Shown here: piece by piece, positions 25,009 to 36,671 of the stretch
Position numbering within the stretch: the stretch's first letter is position 1
Layout of the letters: each line of letters starts with the position of its first letter
Origin: Octopus bimaculoides
Lineage: Eukaryota
Assembly: GCF_001194135.2 (NCBI RefSeq)
Contig: NC_068999.1
Location: forward strand, 48,717,653-48,781,652
Length of the DNA: 64,000 nucleotides
Direction of reading: 5' to 3'
Position numbers and translations under genes: made by a program
The notes under the pieces: model-generated
Database searches by the model: none
Told to the model about the DNA's origin: nothing
The model's input: the letters and a program-made list of their open reading frames with translations, nothing else

Positions 25009-26663
25009 TAAATTCTGTTTGAATGAGGGAGAAAAAGATTACCTATTCATTTATATACATACACACATACATATACATATATATATATATATACACATGT
25101 TTATTTTCTCCTTTCATAGATTTTTCTTTATTAGAAATGAAGATAAATCTCAGCTATTTTTGTTGTCTTCTTTTATTTAAAAAAGGTTGGTCTGATTGTT
25201 GTTATCAATATGAAAGTTGCCAGATGTAAACCGATAATTTAAATTACAATTATTTTTGAATTGTAACCTTTCAAATTCCCTTTGAATAATTCAAAAGGAA
25301 AGAGGTCCGTAAACTAGTTCCACACTAAGACATCAACTGAAAATGCATGTACTCCATCTACCACATTCACTATGACCTTATATGTATAAACCATTATCAC
25401 CACCATCATCATCATCATCATATATAAAACAGTAATAATCTGCAAAGAAACATTAGGTTGTCTCAAAATGCTTAAGGAACCAGCAACAGATTGGATGCTT
25501 TATAGGATCTAGTTTGGTACCCATCAAAGCTCAAATCGTTCCTTCCATCTATACTTAATAAAACAACCAATCAGTATTTATGTACTTCTTACTCACAAAG
25601 TCCTTATGCTTAATCAGAGGAGATCATAATTTTGATCATTCATAATTGTTTTAATTTCAATACTCTCTCTCTCTCATGTTTCTCTCCATCTACAGCAATC
25701 AAATCATTGCATCAACTGTACAGAGATGTAAGATGTCCACCAGCACAACAAACATCATACTCTGTAGCCAAGTGTATAACACATTTTCAAATTTCAGCTT
25801 TCTGTTTAAAAGCCATTTCACCAGATACAAAACCACTACTGAGCAATAATGCACAATTTTCATCATCTTTTTTTTTTTACTTTTCCTAAGAATATAGATT
25901 TTCTGAGTTTATTCATAATAAGCCAATATACATACATATACCAGGACACAATATTGGTTGTAATATAACCACTAAGTCAACATTGTTTGTAATACCACTG
26001 CTAGTTCAGTAATACAACTAATTTGTTCAATTTTTGCTAAAATTGACTCCACTTTCCATCCTTCTTGGGGAGGGTTTATAAAATAAGCACAAGTCATATA
26101 TTAAAATCAAATCAGTTTCCTCCTGTCTTTCTAAAAAGTATTGTGCCTTGTTGAAAGAAATTGATAATTCAGATAGAAGTGGATATAATCATCATCATCA
26201 TTTAATGTTCACTTTTCCATGCTTGCATAGGTCAGACGAAATTTCGCTGAGACAGACTTTCTATGTCAGATGCCCCTCCTGTCACCTGTTTCTAATCAAT
26301 AATATATACATGGAAATCCACGCCACCATCTCTTCAGTTATCTGGCCATTGAAAATTCCTATGAAAATGACCGTTAAACAAAGGGAAATTACTGTGTGGT
26401 TGACCGTTATTAAGACAAAAGAGCTATATACACACATTAAATTAATTATATATATGTATATTATTATATAAAGGGATCAAGGGTTAAACTCCTTTTCGCC
26501 TTGATCCCTTAATGTAATTACATACATATATAATTATTAATGTATAAATCACCTATAAATTTTTATTGTATGCTGACTACCTGATAAAAATTATTAACGT
26601 GATTTTATCCTTATATTCTATTCTAGTATGAACTAATATATATATATATATATACATACATAT

Positions 26664-26695
<32 letters not shown>

Positions 26696-26751
26696 TATTA
26701 TTATATGCATTTATTTTTCTCCTAGTTAATTAACTCGGACAAAATATATAT

Positions 26752-26797
<46 letters not shown>

Positions 26798-27090
26798 GAG
26801 TGGTCTTTAAGGTTTGATATCAAAAGAATAAAAGAAATTGATGGAATTTCAGATGAAAAATATTTTGGCACATTTTATTTTCAATACATTCTTGCAGCCA
26901 ACAGCATACACACATCTTTAGTCACTGATAAAACAAACAATAGTTTTATATATACATAAATTTGATGTGGATAAGGCTATATCACAATTCTGTGGTGATT
27001 CATGATTATAACAGACCATTAACTTTGTCAAACAATAAGATAATAAGATATCTGTTTGGCAGCTGAAGAAGACCTTTAATATACATATAC

Positions 27091-27123
<33 letters not shown>

Positions 27124-27378
27124 CACACACACGAATGCTGTACAGTGGCCAGATTATGATAGGGGATATTTGGGTGGTATAATTAAGAATTATTTTTTCC
27201 GTTTTGCTATTGTTGATTGATTCTGGGCTATATATTACCTCTGTGCAGCTGCTCAAGCTGGCTGTAATTGCAGTCAAATCTGCTAACAACCACACCTATC
27301 TTAAAGACCAACAAAAATTCTTATCGATCTGAGGTAATCACACACTCTAGACTTTAAGCAACTCAAAATGGGCCCACA

Positions 27379-27616
27379 GGCATATGGTGTAGTGGTTAAG
27401 AGCGCGGGCTACTAACCCCAAGATTCCGAGTTCGATTCCAAGCAGTGATTTGAATAATAATAATAATAACAACATCGAAAATACTTAAGGAATGAGAACT
27501 CAGGTTCAAAATTTCCTCAAGACACCTGATGAAGGCTGGAGAGTATAACAGCCGAAACGTTGTGTTAACAACAAACAAGCTGAGGACAAATATCCGTCAA
27601 ATGTAAATAATGTAAA
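27379..27616 (+). mobile_element. tRNA-headed SINE carrying an intact hammerhead motif (family A, best copy)
   Basis: A box TGGTGTAGTGG 27385-27395, B box GAGTTCGATTCC 27428-27439, (AAT)n linker, hammerhead, aatgtaaat tail. Confidence 0.85.
27521..27566 (+). ncRNA. Minimal type I hammerhead ribozyme
   Basis: Stem I GACAC/GTGTT; core CTGATGA; stem II GGCTG/CAGCC; GAAA; palindromic stem III AACGTT; GUU cleavage triplet 27559-27561. Confidence 0.75.
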
Positions 27617-28376
27617 GCAAAAACATTCAACAAAACAACACATATAAGAAGAAAAAAAATCATCCTTAATTACCTCCGAAATATTCCTTGTGACAATCAA
27701 GCTGATAGCAATATGACTTCTAAAAAAATTCCTTCATGAGACAAACGGATGGTTAACATGAATTTTACGACCGTGAAAATAAATTGTCTTAAAAATAATG
27801 AAAATAAATTGCGATGGAAACCAGAAGTGATGACACTGACTTCCCATAATTTCATGTAAACAATGTATGTATAACCAATGTTTAGAACATACATATATTT
27901 AGGTAATCTTTCTATGAGAAACATGTGAAGTGAAAATATTTCGGTAATCACTCGCTTTTAGTCTCAGAACTGTCAAACCGTAAATTTTTTTATTTCTTTA
28001 ATTATTTTTTTTCCAGCTGAATGGCTTATGTTTATATATTTTTGTGTATATATGTGTGTGTTTATGCGGAAGTATGTATGTATGTATATTTGTGTACCTA
28101 AGTATATGTATTAATATAACATGAAAACCGAACATATATCTAATATAAGATGAAAACAGTCATACTTCTGTGTTGTTCGCTGTTAGGTATAGTAAATCGG
28201 AACGGTGTAGCTCAGCTGCTATTTCTGAAATACTAGAAGGTACCATACATGTAGGTATCTGTTGACATAGTATATCACTTCCGGTTTGTATCACAATTTA
28301 CTTTCACGACCGCAAAATGTATGTTGACCCAAATTGATTATGAGCAAGTTTGACGAAGTGAAAGTAACACATTATA

Positions 28377-28583
28377 CAGGGTGTCCACAAAGTCTGGGTA
28401 CATGGGGATTAACACATACTTTAAGAAATTATTATTTTTTTATATTTAATCGTTTATGTTATTTTATTTACTCCATGTACACACATGGGGATTAACACAT
28501 ACTTGAAGAAATTATTTCTTATATTTAATTTTTTATATTATGATTTTATTTACACCATGTACCCAGACTTTGTGGACACCCTG
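28377..28583. mobile_element. Tc1/mariner-type MITE
   Basis: Perfect 29-bp TIR CAGGGTGTCCACAAAGTCTGGGTACATGG, TA on both sides; internal core duplicated. Confidence 0.9.
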
Positions 28584-30513
28584 TAGAAAAGGGTATGTTC
28601 AAGGTTTGAAAATCTACGGGTTTCATTCAATATCAGTCACACAATATACATAGCTCCCCTTTAATCACAGAGTATATTTTCCAATACCGACATGGATGAT
28701 AAACAACTTGTACGCTATCACAAGTTTACAGAAATATTTTTCCATATTCAGGCAGTATCTCGTCTCTACACAGCATACGAACATGCTCAAACTTGATTAA
28801 CTTATTTTGCTGATTGCAGAAAGACACACCGCAAGTTTCTTTTGAATATGGGTTATGTATTAATCTTACTCAACTTTAGTGTGGAGGTCATTGAAGAAAA
28901 TGGATCTGTGGCGAAGAGTAAGCTTTCTATTTAAATTCGGGAAAACTTCATTAGGTAATGGTAATGAAAGTGATTTTCGTCAGATTATTATTGTGTACGT
29001 GAACTATGAGAGTTATATAAATAAAAGATGGCGTAATTCTGGTTTAAGAACTTCAAATAAGACCTCATTTTTTTTTTAGAATTTTCAGAAAATGTTTGCA
29101 AATTTGTATTCTACACACGGGAATTTATACGATTATGAACGAAGATATATATTTTTTTTAGTTTTTTAAAATCTACTCCCACCTCCATAAATCCTAAAAT
29201 TTTCACTCTTTTTCGAATTTTTAAAAAAATCAGAGTTTAAAAATACGGACAGTCCGAATGTTTTTGCTTAAATCCCAGCAATAGACCATTAAATGTGTTT
29301 ATGGGGAGAAAAATATCTGTACATGTCAGAGGAACTAGGGAACGAGGAAGTTACCAGGTGGTCGTGAGATGTGTTAAAAGTAACTAATTCGCCCTAAGAT
29401 CATACGCAATTTTTTTGTTTTTTTCATAATCGCCTGAATTCCCGTGTGCAAAACACAGATTCGCAAAACTTCCTGAAAATTCCAAAAAATAAGTCACATA
29501 CCATCATCAACAGCTCGACCAAAGATTGAGCAAAGTGTCAATACCCAACAAAAGTTGGTGGAATTGCATAACCTAATATATTCTATAATCACAATCGACA
29601 CGTCAGTTTTTTTATTTAAGAGGTTTTGTTAATTACCATATTTACTCGCTTATAGGTCACACCCTAGTTTTTTTGTTTTTCATTTAAAAATCAAAATTCT
29701 GTTACTTATATACAAATAAAGGTTAATATCTAGATCCGCACGGTACGTTACTTTGGCGATCTAAAAATACAGAACAAAAATATACAAATAATGAAAGTTA
29801 AATAAATCATAAGAACCACTTCATAAAAGTGATCTTGACATTTAGAATCTTAAAAACAACTACATACATATTTTATTTACTTCTGCGTGAGTAAATCGAC
29901 GACTTAAATGGAATTAAGTATCCGAACAAAGCAAAAATTAGTATCTACAATTAACGATTTTGTTCACCAATTGCTAATTAATTAAATTACATTGTTTTAG
30001 AATTGTTAATTTTTAAAAAAATGAATAATTTAAATGCTTTTCCACCTTCGGATGTTTCAAATTGTTTACAAATGATATTAACTTAATGGCCGAAAAGAGA
30101 AAAAACTTGAGGAGAGTTATTTTTAAATCCAAATGTCAAGATCGCACAACACTATTCTTTTGTTCGGGTTGGATTAAAGCAAAAAAAAAAAAAAAGAAGC
30201 AAGAATGACAAAAAAATATAATATTCAAAATTTCTGTTTTAGAAAAAAAAAAAAGGAAAAAGGTAAGTTTTGTTTATCGGAATTAATTGTTGCTCAACAG
30301 GATGGTAAGAGGCGGGGGTACTGTGAAATTGGGGATAATAAAGTAAAATGTCACATCTATATAAACAATCTGATGGAATATTTTCAAATATAATTGTATA
30401 TTAAAGGTAAAACAAGATTGTTATGCCGTAATTGGTACACAGGTAAGGCAAAAAACAAACAAACAAAAAAACAAGGATAAATTTCAAATATTTCACAGTT
30501 TAAGACAGATCTT

Positions 30514-31395
30514 TTAACGGCGTTTAGTTCCACCAAATCCAGAGGCTGTTCGAGTTTCGGAGCTGCTGAAGCTACTCGTGGGACCAGAATGGTAACCTGT
30601 TGGTGACCCAAACCAATCTCTTTGATAGCCATCGCTGTAATAAGAGTTCGAGTGGTAACCACCTCTATTTCCAAAAAGGTAGCCGAGAAGTGCACCAGAA
30701 GCAAGACCACTGAAAAATCCTGGTTGCTGTCCATTATTACTGTGAGTTGAGGAGCTGTACGGGGGTGGGGCACTCTGGCCTGAGCAGTAATCGGATCTGA
30801 AACCGTATGGCGGTGGAGGACCACTTGGAGTTGGCCCGCTTTGTGCGCCTCCAGGAAAAGATGATGGATCGGTAGGTGTTGCAAAACAAGTACGATACAC
30901 GAAGAAGATAATCATAATAACAAAGAGGAAAGTGAAAATTGAGCCAAAACCCAAACCCGATTCGCGTTTCGACGAGTAATGATTGAAGTAACTGCCAGAG
31001 CTTTTCTGGTTTACGTAGTCAATGTCGTATTCCAGACCGCAAGAGCCAGCTAGGATGTAAGGGTCGTCAGCATAGTCGTAGCCTTCGCACGAAACAACAA
31101 TCTGTCCAAAGCGATACTTTTTGTCCATGTCCGTTTTACATTCCCACTGAATATCGTAGCCGTCCCAACCTCGGTTGTAACACTGGACAGTCTGTGGAAT
31201 GAAGGACCGACATCCTGCTGATCCACCAGTGCATTTTAACTGGGGAACCGGTGAAGATCTTTTCGCAGTTGTCATTTGTCCATGGTTTAAAGTGATCACA
31301 TTGACATCCTGCAACAGAACTTTTCTTCCTTCAATTTCATGGCCGTAAATCAAAAGCAGACAAATAAGTGTGGTCAGTGTCTTGATTGCCGTCAT
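30514..31395 (-). CDS. SARAF: Store-operated calcium entry-associated regulatory factor (SARAF/TMEM66), 293 aa, uninterrupted CDS
   Basis: Signal peptide; KVLLQDVNVITL..GQMTTAKRSSPVPQLKC.GGSAGC, VQCYNRGWDGYDIQWECK, VSCEGYDYADDPYILAGSCGLEY; one TM helix; Gly/Pro/Ser tail ending TASGFGGTKRR, as known for this family. Confidence 0.96.
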   Translation of the reverse strand: MTAIKTLTTLICLLLIYGHEIEGRKVLLQDVNVITLNHGQMTTAKRSSPVPQLKCTGGSAGCRSFIPQTVQCYNRGWDGYDIQWECKTDMDKKYRFGQIVVSCEGYDYADDPYILAGSCGLEYDIDYVNQKSSGSYFNHYSSKRESGLGFGSIFTFLFVIMIIFFVYRTCFATPTDPSSFPGGAQSGPTPSGPPPPYGFRSDYCSGQSAPPPYSSSTHSNNGQQPGFFSGLASGALLGYLFGNRGGYHSNSYYSDGYQRDWFGSPTGYHSGPTSSFSSSETRTASGFGGTKRR

Positions 31396-31644
31396 CTTGA
31401 CACGCTCGTAACGTCGACAAAGCGCTCACTAGATGTCGCTTTCCACCTGCGAAGGGAGATAATTTATCGTTTTTCTGAGCACTTGTAACTTATTAATTAC
31501 TTAGAATTTAATTAAGATCTCTGTAGAAATAAATATATTTAGTTAATCTTTCAAAGCTTTTATAAACGTCATGATATTTTGTGGGTGTGTATTTTTCCCA
31601 GTTATAAATAGATCAATACATTTTTTGCGAAATAGAGGTATTCA

Positions 31645-31658
31645 GAATGACGTCATTC
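31645..31658. promoter_or_regulatory. Perfect palindrome GAATGACGTCATTC containing a full CRE (TGACGTCA) upstream of SARAF
   Basis: Seen directly, ~250 bp 5' of the SARAF ATG; function inferred. Confidence 0.4.
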
Positions 31659-32007
31659 AACAGAATGTATGTGGACGTAGTTGGCAGAAAAACGCAGTTG
31701 TTATTGTCAAAACAAATTTCATCAGCTGTATCCACTAGACACGTAACGATAAGCTGTTGGCTAGTTTTATAGTGTTTCACTCCTTGTATTATTTACTCAG
31801 AAAGAAATATAAAAGATGATGAAATATGTTGTCACATTAATTCTATGTTGTTACATTAATCTATATTTATTCATTTATTTATTTTGAGAGTTTAAAAATT
31901 AGACGTTACAAATATCAAATAAAGATCAAAGATTGGTACTTTCAAAACAACATTTATTAAGAATGGGACGTATCTCGATATTTTTTAAACCGTTCCATAG
32001 AGACATA

Positions 32008-32450
32008 TTACTCTTTTACTTGTTTCAGTCATTTGATTGTGGCCATGCTGGAGCACCGCCTTTCGCCGAGCAAATCGACCCCAGGACTTATTCTTTGTAA
32101 GCCTAGTACTTATTCTATTGGTCTCTTTTGCTGAACCGCTAAGATACGAGGACGTAAACACACCAGCATCGGTTGTCAAGCGATGTTGGGGGGGACAAAT
32201 ACAGGCAACAAAAAACACACACATATATATATACTTATATACGACGGGCTTCTTTCAGTTTCCGTCTGCCAAATCCACTCACAAGGCTTTGGTCGGCCCG
32301 AGGCTATAGTAGAAGACACTTGCCCAAGGTNNNNNNNNNNCTTTGGTCGGCCCGAGGCTATAGTAGAAGACACTTGCCCAAGGTACCACGCAGTGGGACT
32401 GAACCCGGAACCATGTGATTGGTAGCAAGCTACTTACCATACAGCCACTC
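32008..32450 (-). mobile_element. tRNA-derived SINE (same family as 9856-10239)
   Basis: Reverse-complement match; contains a 10-N gap with a duplicated flank. Confidence 0.85.
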
Positions 32451-32519
32451 TTGCGCCTATACAGCCAAATTGACAAGATGTCTAATATTACAATAAAATG
32501 TAATATTACAACAAAATGA

Positions 32520-33035
32520 CTGGAAAAGACATTTACTAAGATTGATGTCAATGTTGTATTGCAGCAGGCATGTAAAACGTTGTTGCAGATGTTCTAAATA
32601 TTCTTCTTCTGTAGAACTAAATATCAATAAATTATCAGAATAGGTGAAAACGAAATCCAAACCACAAGTGGTTTCATCCATAAACCATTGAAAGGTACTA
32701 GCAGTGTTGCGTAGCCTGAAAAGCATTCAAACAAATTCAAATAACTCAAAAGGAGTAGTGGTGGCAGTTTTAGGACTGTCCACAAACTCGACAGGAATTT
32801 GGTTATATGCATGTACCAAATCGATTTTTGAGAAAATTGTGCAATCGTACTAAGAGGCAGAAAAATAGTGCATGTGAGGGATCGGATAATGGTCTGGCAC
32901 TGTTTTGGCATTCAAATGTCTGTAATCACCACACAGACACCAGTCTCCTGATGACATGTAATGGAGAGGACCAATTCAATTGGTGCTGGAAGGATGAATT
33001 ACATCAAGGTCTAGTATATGTCGAAATTGTTCTTT
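32520..33035 (-). mobile_element. Ty3/Gypsy reverse transcriptase fragment, decayed
   Basis: Frameshifted motifs [71 protein letters not shown] (YxDD degenerate), LEHL, INLSKCLF. Confidence 0.85.
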
Positions 33036-34309
33036 GATTGTTTAAATATAATTCAAAGTTTTAAAAATCTTATATGAATGGAGTACCTTGAAAAAGGTGT
33101 TATTCATAATTTTGCCACATACAATTATGAATAATAATGCAAGTCAAGTTATAATTTTAGTTTTTTTAATATTTCATGCACAACACAACGTGAATCAGAA
33201 GTAGTGAACTAACTATTAATTATATATATAGTTCTATGGTTCACTCTCGTGGCTAAGGTTGTCTTATATTTAAATTCATTTCAGGGTCTTTTGTTGTTTA
33301 TTTTAACACAAAGTGAACTAGTAATGTTTTTATTGATTTCCAAAGTACTACGAAGTTAGAAAGGTTCAGAACCACTACCCTAAAAATTTGACAAAATAAA
33401 GCACATTGGATAATGGAATCCTAGAAAGAATTAGGCATGCTTTTAATCCTAAATCTGCCTGATAAGGCTTGTGCTAGGGGAAAACAAGGGCCTCTGGGAC
33501 TTATTTTTTGCTTTGTCTTGTCTTTATAGAAGTGGCATCCATCAATAATAATGTGGATCTTTCACTCGAATAATATATCTCAATTTAACAACACGTGAAA
33601 TTTCTAGATATTTGATTTTTCTTCTAGTGTTTGTTGCGAACATTCTATGAATAGCAATAATAAATCTCTGAAATAACAGGGAGATAACTCTTTTGTGTAT
33701 AAGTGGAGCTAACTTAGTCCTACGCCTATCACTATAGTACCTCTGAAATTTTCAGCGGCATCAATTACTCGAAATAAAAAACACACACACACACACATAT
33801 ATATATATGTGTGTGTGTGTGTATTGTTTTGCGAGATTCTTCATGTGAAATAATGTGTTGGAACAGATATTATTATATTTAGTGATAGTCATCTTTTGCC
33901 AATTAAACACAAGCACTGTTTATCTTCACTTCAGCTTTATATTTATTATTTTAGTTGCTTTGGAATAAGCAGAACAAGAGGAAATACGTGGGATAAAGAA
34001 TCGTTGCTGAATTGATAATAATAATCCACCGACGTCGTCTTTGCCTTCCATCTTTTCGGGGTCAATAAATTAAGTACCAGTTGTGAACTGGGTTGATCTA
34101 ATCGACTGGCCCTCTCCTCAAAAATTTTGGGCCTTGTGCCTAGAGTAGAAAAGAATAATAAGGTTGAAGTGAAGACCAAATATGGAGTGCATGTATAGTG
34201 CATGCCTTCAGCACATCCTTCACTGCTCTAACCCTTTGTGAGATTTCAATAACCGTCTCTCACTTTATAGTCACTTTTTGACCAAGATACACATTCCAGT
34301 TTATGTTTG

Positions 34310-34630
34310 GAATCTTGCTATGAGATCACATCTGGAACGAGGAGATCAGGAATAGAACTGGAGTGAAGAAGGTCATCACAGAATACCATGAAACAATGCT
34401 ACAATGGGCTGGTCATGTTGCAAGGTTCACAGACAATCAGTGGACTCATGCAGTCGTCGAGTGGCACCCATCTAAATAGAAGACCTACAATGAGGTAAGA
34501 AGATGATTTAAGAAAGATATTTGGAACAATGTGGATGAGAATGGTGAGAGCACAAGGGAAATGGAACACATGTTGTGGCCAGTGGAGCCGACTTGGCATC
34601 AGACAGCCTGGCCTATGCAGGTGACATCGG
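34310..34630 (+). mobile_element. RTE-clade LINE C-terminal fragment
   Basis: DHIWNEEIRNRTGVKKVITEYHETMLQWAGHVARFTDNQWTHAVVEWHP, typical post-RT region of RTE elements. Confidence 0.75.
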
Positions 34631-35639
34631 TTAGTTCTACATTTCTGAGCCTAATCAATGAATTAGAATCCAATAGCAAATTAAAAATTCAATATTTTAT
34701 TTACAGTGTTATGAAATACAAAAAGAATGAAGAATAATAAAAATACATAATTTTTAAAAGAGATTAATACATCTATCCTTGTTTGTCTCAAATTCAATTA
34801 TCACTGATCCAGGACAACTCAGTATGTTCAATTATGAACTTGTTACGCTTATCAGAAATTGGTCTTTGATAACATGGGTTGGCAATCAGTCAAGAATTCT
34901 GCTTGAACCACAAAAGTGCACTCCCAATGTCCCGATGCTCAGGACAACTTGAAGCCTCAGAACAAAATTTATTCTTCCCCATATGTCCTATTGTCCATTT
35001 ATCACTCATTCATTTAGAACTGAGTATCCATGGTAAACGAGGATAGATGTGCCATTAAATTATTTTATACCTACTAGTTGTTAGTTTGTCTTTCTGGCAG
35101 AATCAGTTGGGCATCAGGTAGAATGTCTTACAGTATTTGCTCTGGCTTTTTATAGTTTGAGTTCAAATCCTACCAACATCAACTTTGCCTTTCACCCTTC
35201 TGGGGTCAATAAAATAAAGCACCAATCAATTACTGGGGATCAGTTTAATCAACTGACCAGTTTCCACAAAATTTCTGGCTTTGTGACTTTGTAAGAAATT
35301 ATTTATCTATTTCAAAGGAATTTCTCACAAATTTCCAATCAGTCAAAATAATCTTTAAAAATCAACATGAATTAGAAGGCATAAGTTGATTGATTGACAT
35401 GAGGTACAAAATATATAATCTCAGGGAAAGAAATGAAGGAATTTGTACATGGACGGAATGTTCTACATTGATAAATTCCAATTTACCAAATAATCTTACT
35501 CATCACAGAGTTTCTGTTTCTATGGCTGGAATTCAATATGGTGCAGCTCTGAAAGAAATCAAAAAGAAATTATGAGCACAATGGGTAACTCAAGTAAAAA
35601 GAAATGAAATTTACAAGGACACCCCTACCCCAATGATCA

Positions 35640-36010
35640 CCCAGAGGTCCAGTCCTTGTTGCAGTGTGATGGTTTGTGTGCCTTAATGACCCTGAAAGCT
35701 CTGCCAAGTGGAGTTCAAGCTCCAGGTAGAACCTCCCTTGCTGGACTTGTCAAAGGATAGAGGCCAGATTAATATGGACCACCTCTTCCCAGAAATAAAA
35801 ATTGGTTTGTGTAGAGCCAACACCCTCAAAAGGGCAAAATTACAGAAGCACCCAGCCTGGGAGACAACGGCCTTCCACCAGGGAAACATATGAGGCAGAG
35901 CTGAAAAAGAAGGGAGTCAAATGGAAAGAAGCATGAAAGATAGCCCAGAGTCGAGAACACTGGATAAAAAAAATCATCAATGGTTATGATTCATAGGGAC
36001 TGAAGAGTTT
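35640..36010 (+). mobile_element. Probable internally deleted RTE element (5' UTR-like part fused to 3' end)
   Basis: atgaccctgaaagct...ggacttgtcaaaggatagaggccagatt joined to remnants EAELKKKGVKWKE...RE.W and gggactgaagag terminus. Confidence 0.45.
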
Positions 36011-36671
36011 AGTTTGCGACCTTTCATTTATTTGTTTGGATTCTCTTTTGACTTAATAATGTTGCTCTCAATCGCTTTAGAGACAAATAGAGTTGAAGTT
36101 CTAGAAATACTTTCAATGAGTTGCACAAAAAATCACATTGTCAAACTCCCCACATTTGATAATGACTTAACAAATCTTTAGAATCATTACTTTCTTCACA
36201 TGCAGCTTCATCTATGTGTGTACAAAGAGCCAAAAATAGCTTTGATTTTTGTGAAGACAGAACCCATTTCAAAAACATAATATTTAAAGGCAGAACTAGT
36301 TGATTTTCACCACCACCTCCAGCAACACTAGCATTTAACATCCACGTTCCATTTTGGTATGGGTTGGGCAGTTTGACAGGATCTGATGGGTCCAAGGACT
36401 GCACTGAGCTCCATTGTCTCTGGTTTGGCATGGTTCATACAGCTGAATGCCAACCACTTCACACTGTATACTGGATGTTTTTCTCATACCAACACTAGTA
36501 AGGGTGCCACGCAGCTCATAAAACTACAAAACCTGAAGCTGGAGATGGGGTTTCATGTCAAGGAGATAAGTGGTTAAAGTATAAGAGAAGGGAGGGGAAC
36601 AAACAGCAGGAGGAGTAGTATGAGAGGAAAGGAGTAAGTCTCTTGAGTGTAATTCTGACAGTTAATGTTTC

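Noticed and set aside
27379-27450. Possible genuine tRNA gene
   Set aside because: Acceptor stem does not close and the sequence continues into a multi-copy SINE body; treated as a SINE head. The same applies to 14808-14875.
30384-30884. 166-aa ORF overlapping SARAF on the same strand
   Set aside because: Alternative frame of the GC-richer SARAF 3' half; no independent features.
32287-32384. 44-bp direct repeat around a 10-N gap inside a SINE
   Set aside because: Identical sequence on both sides of a scaffold gap is a contig-overlap artefact.
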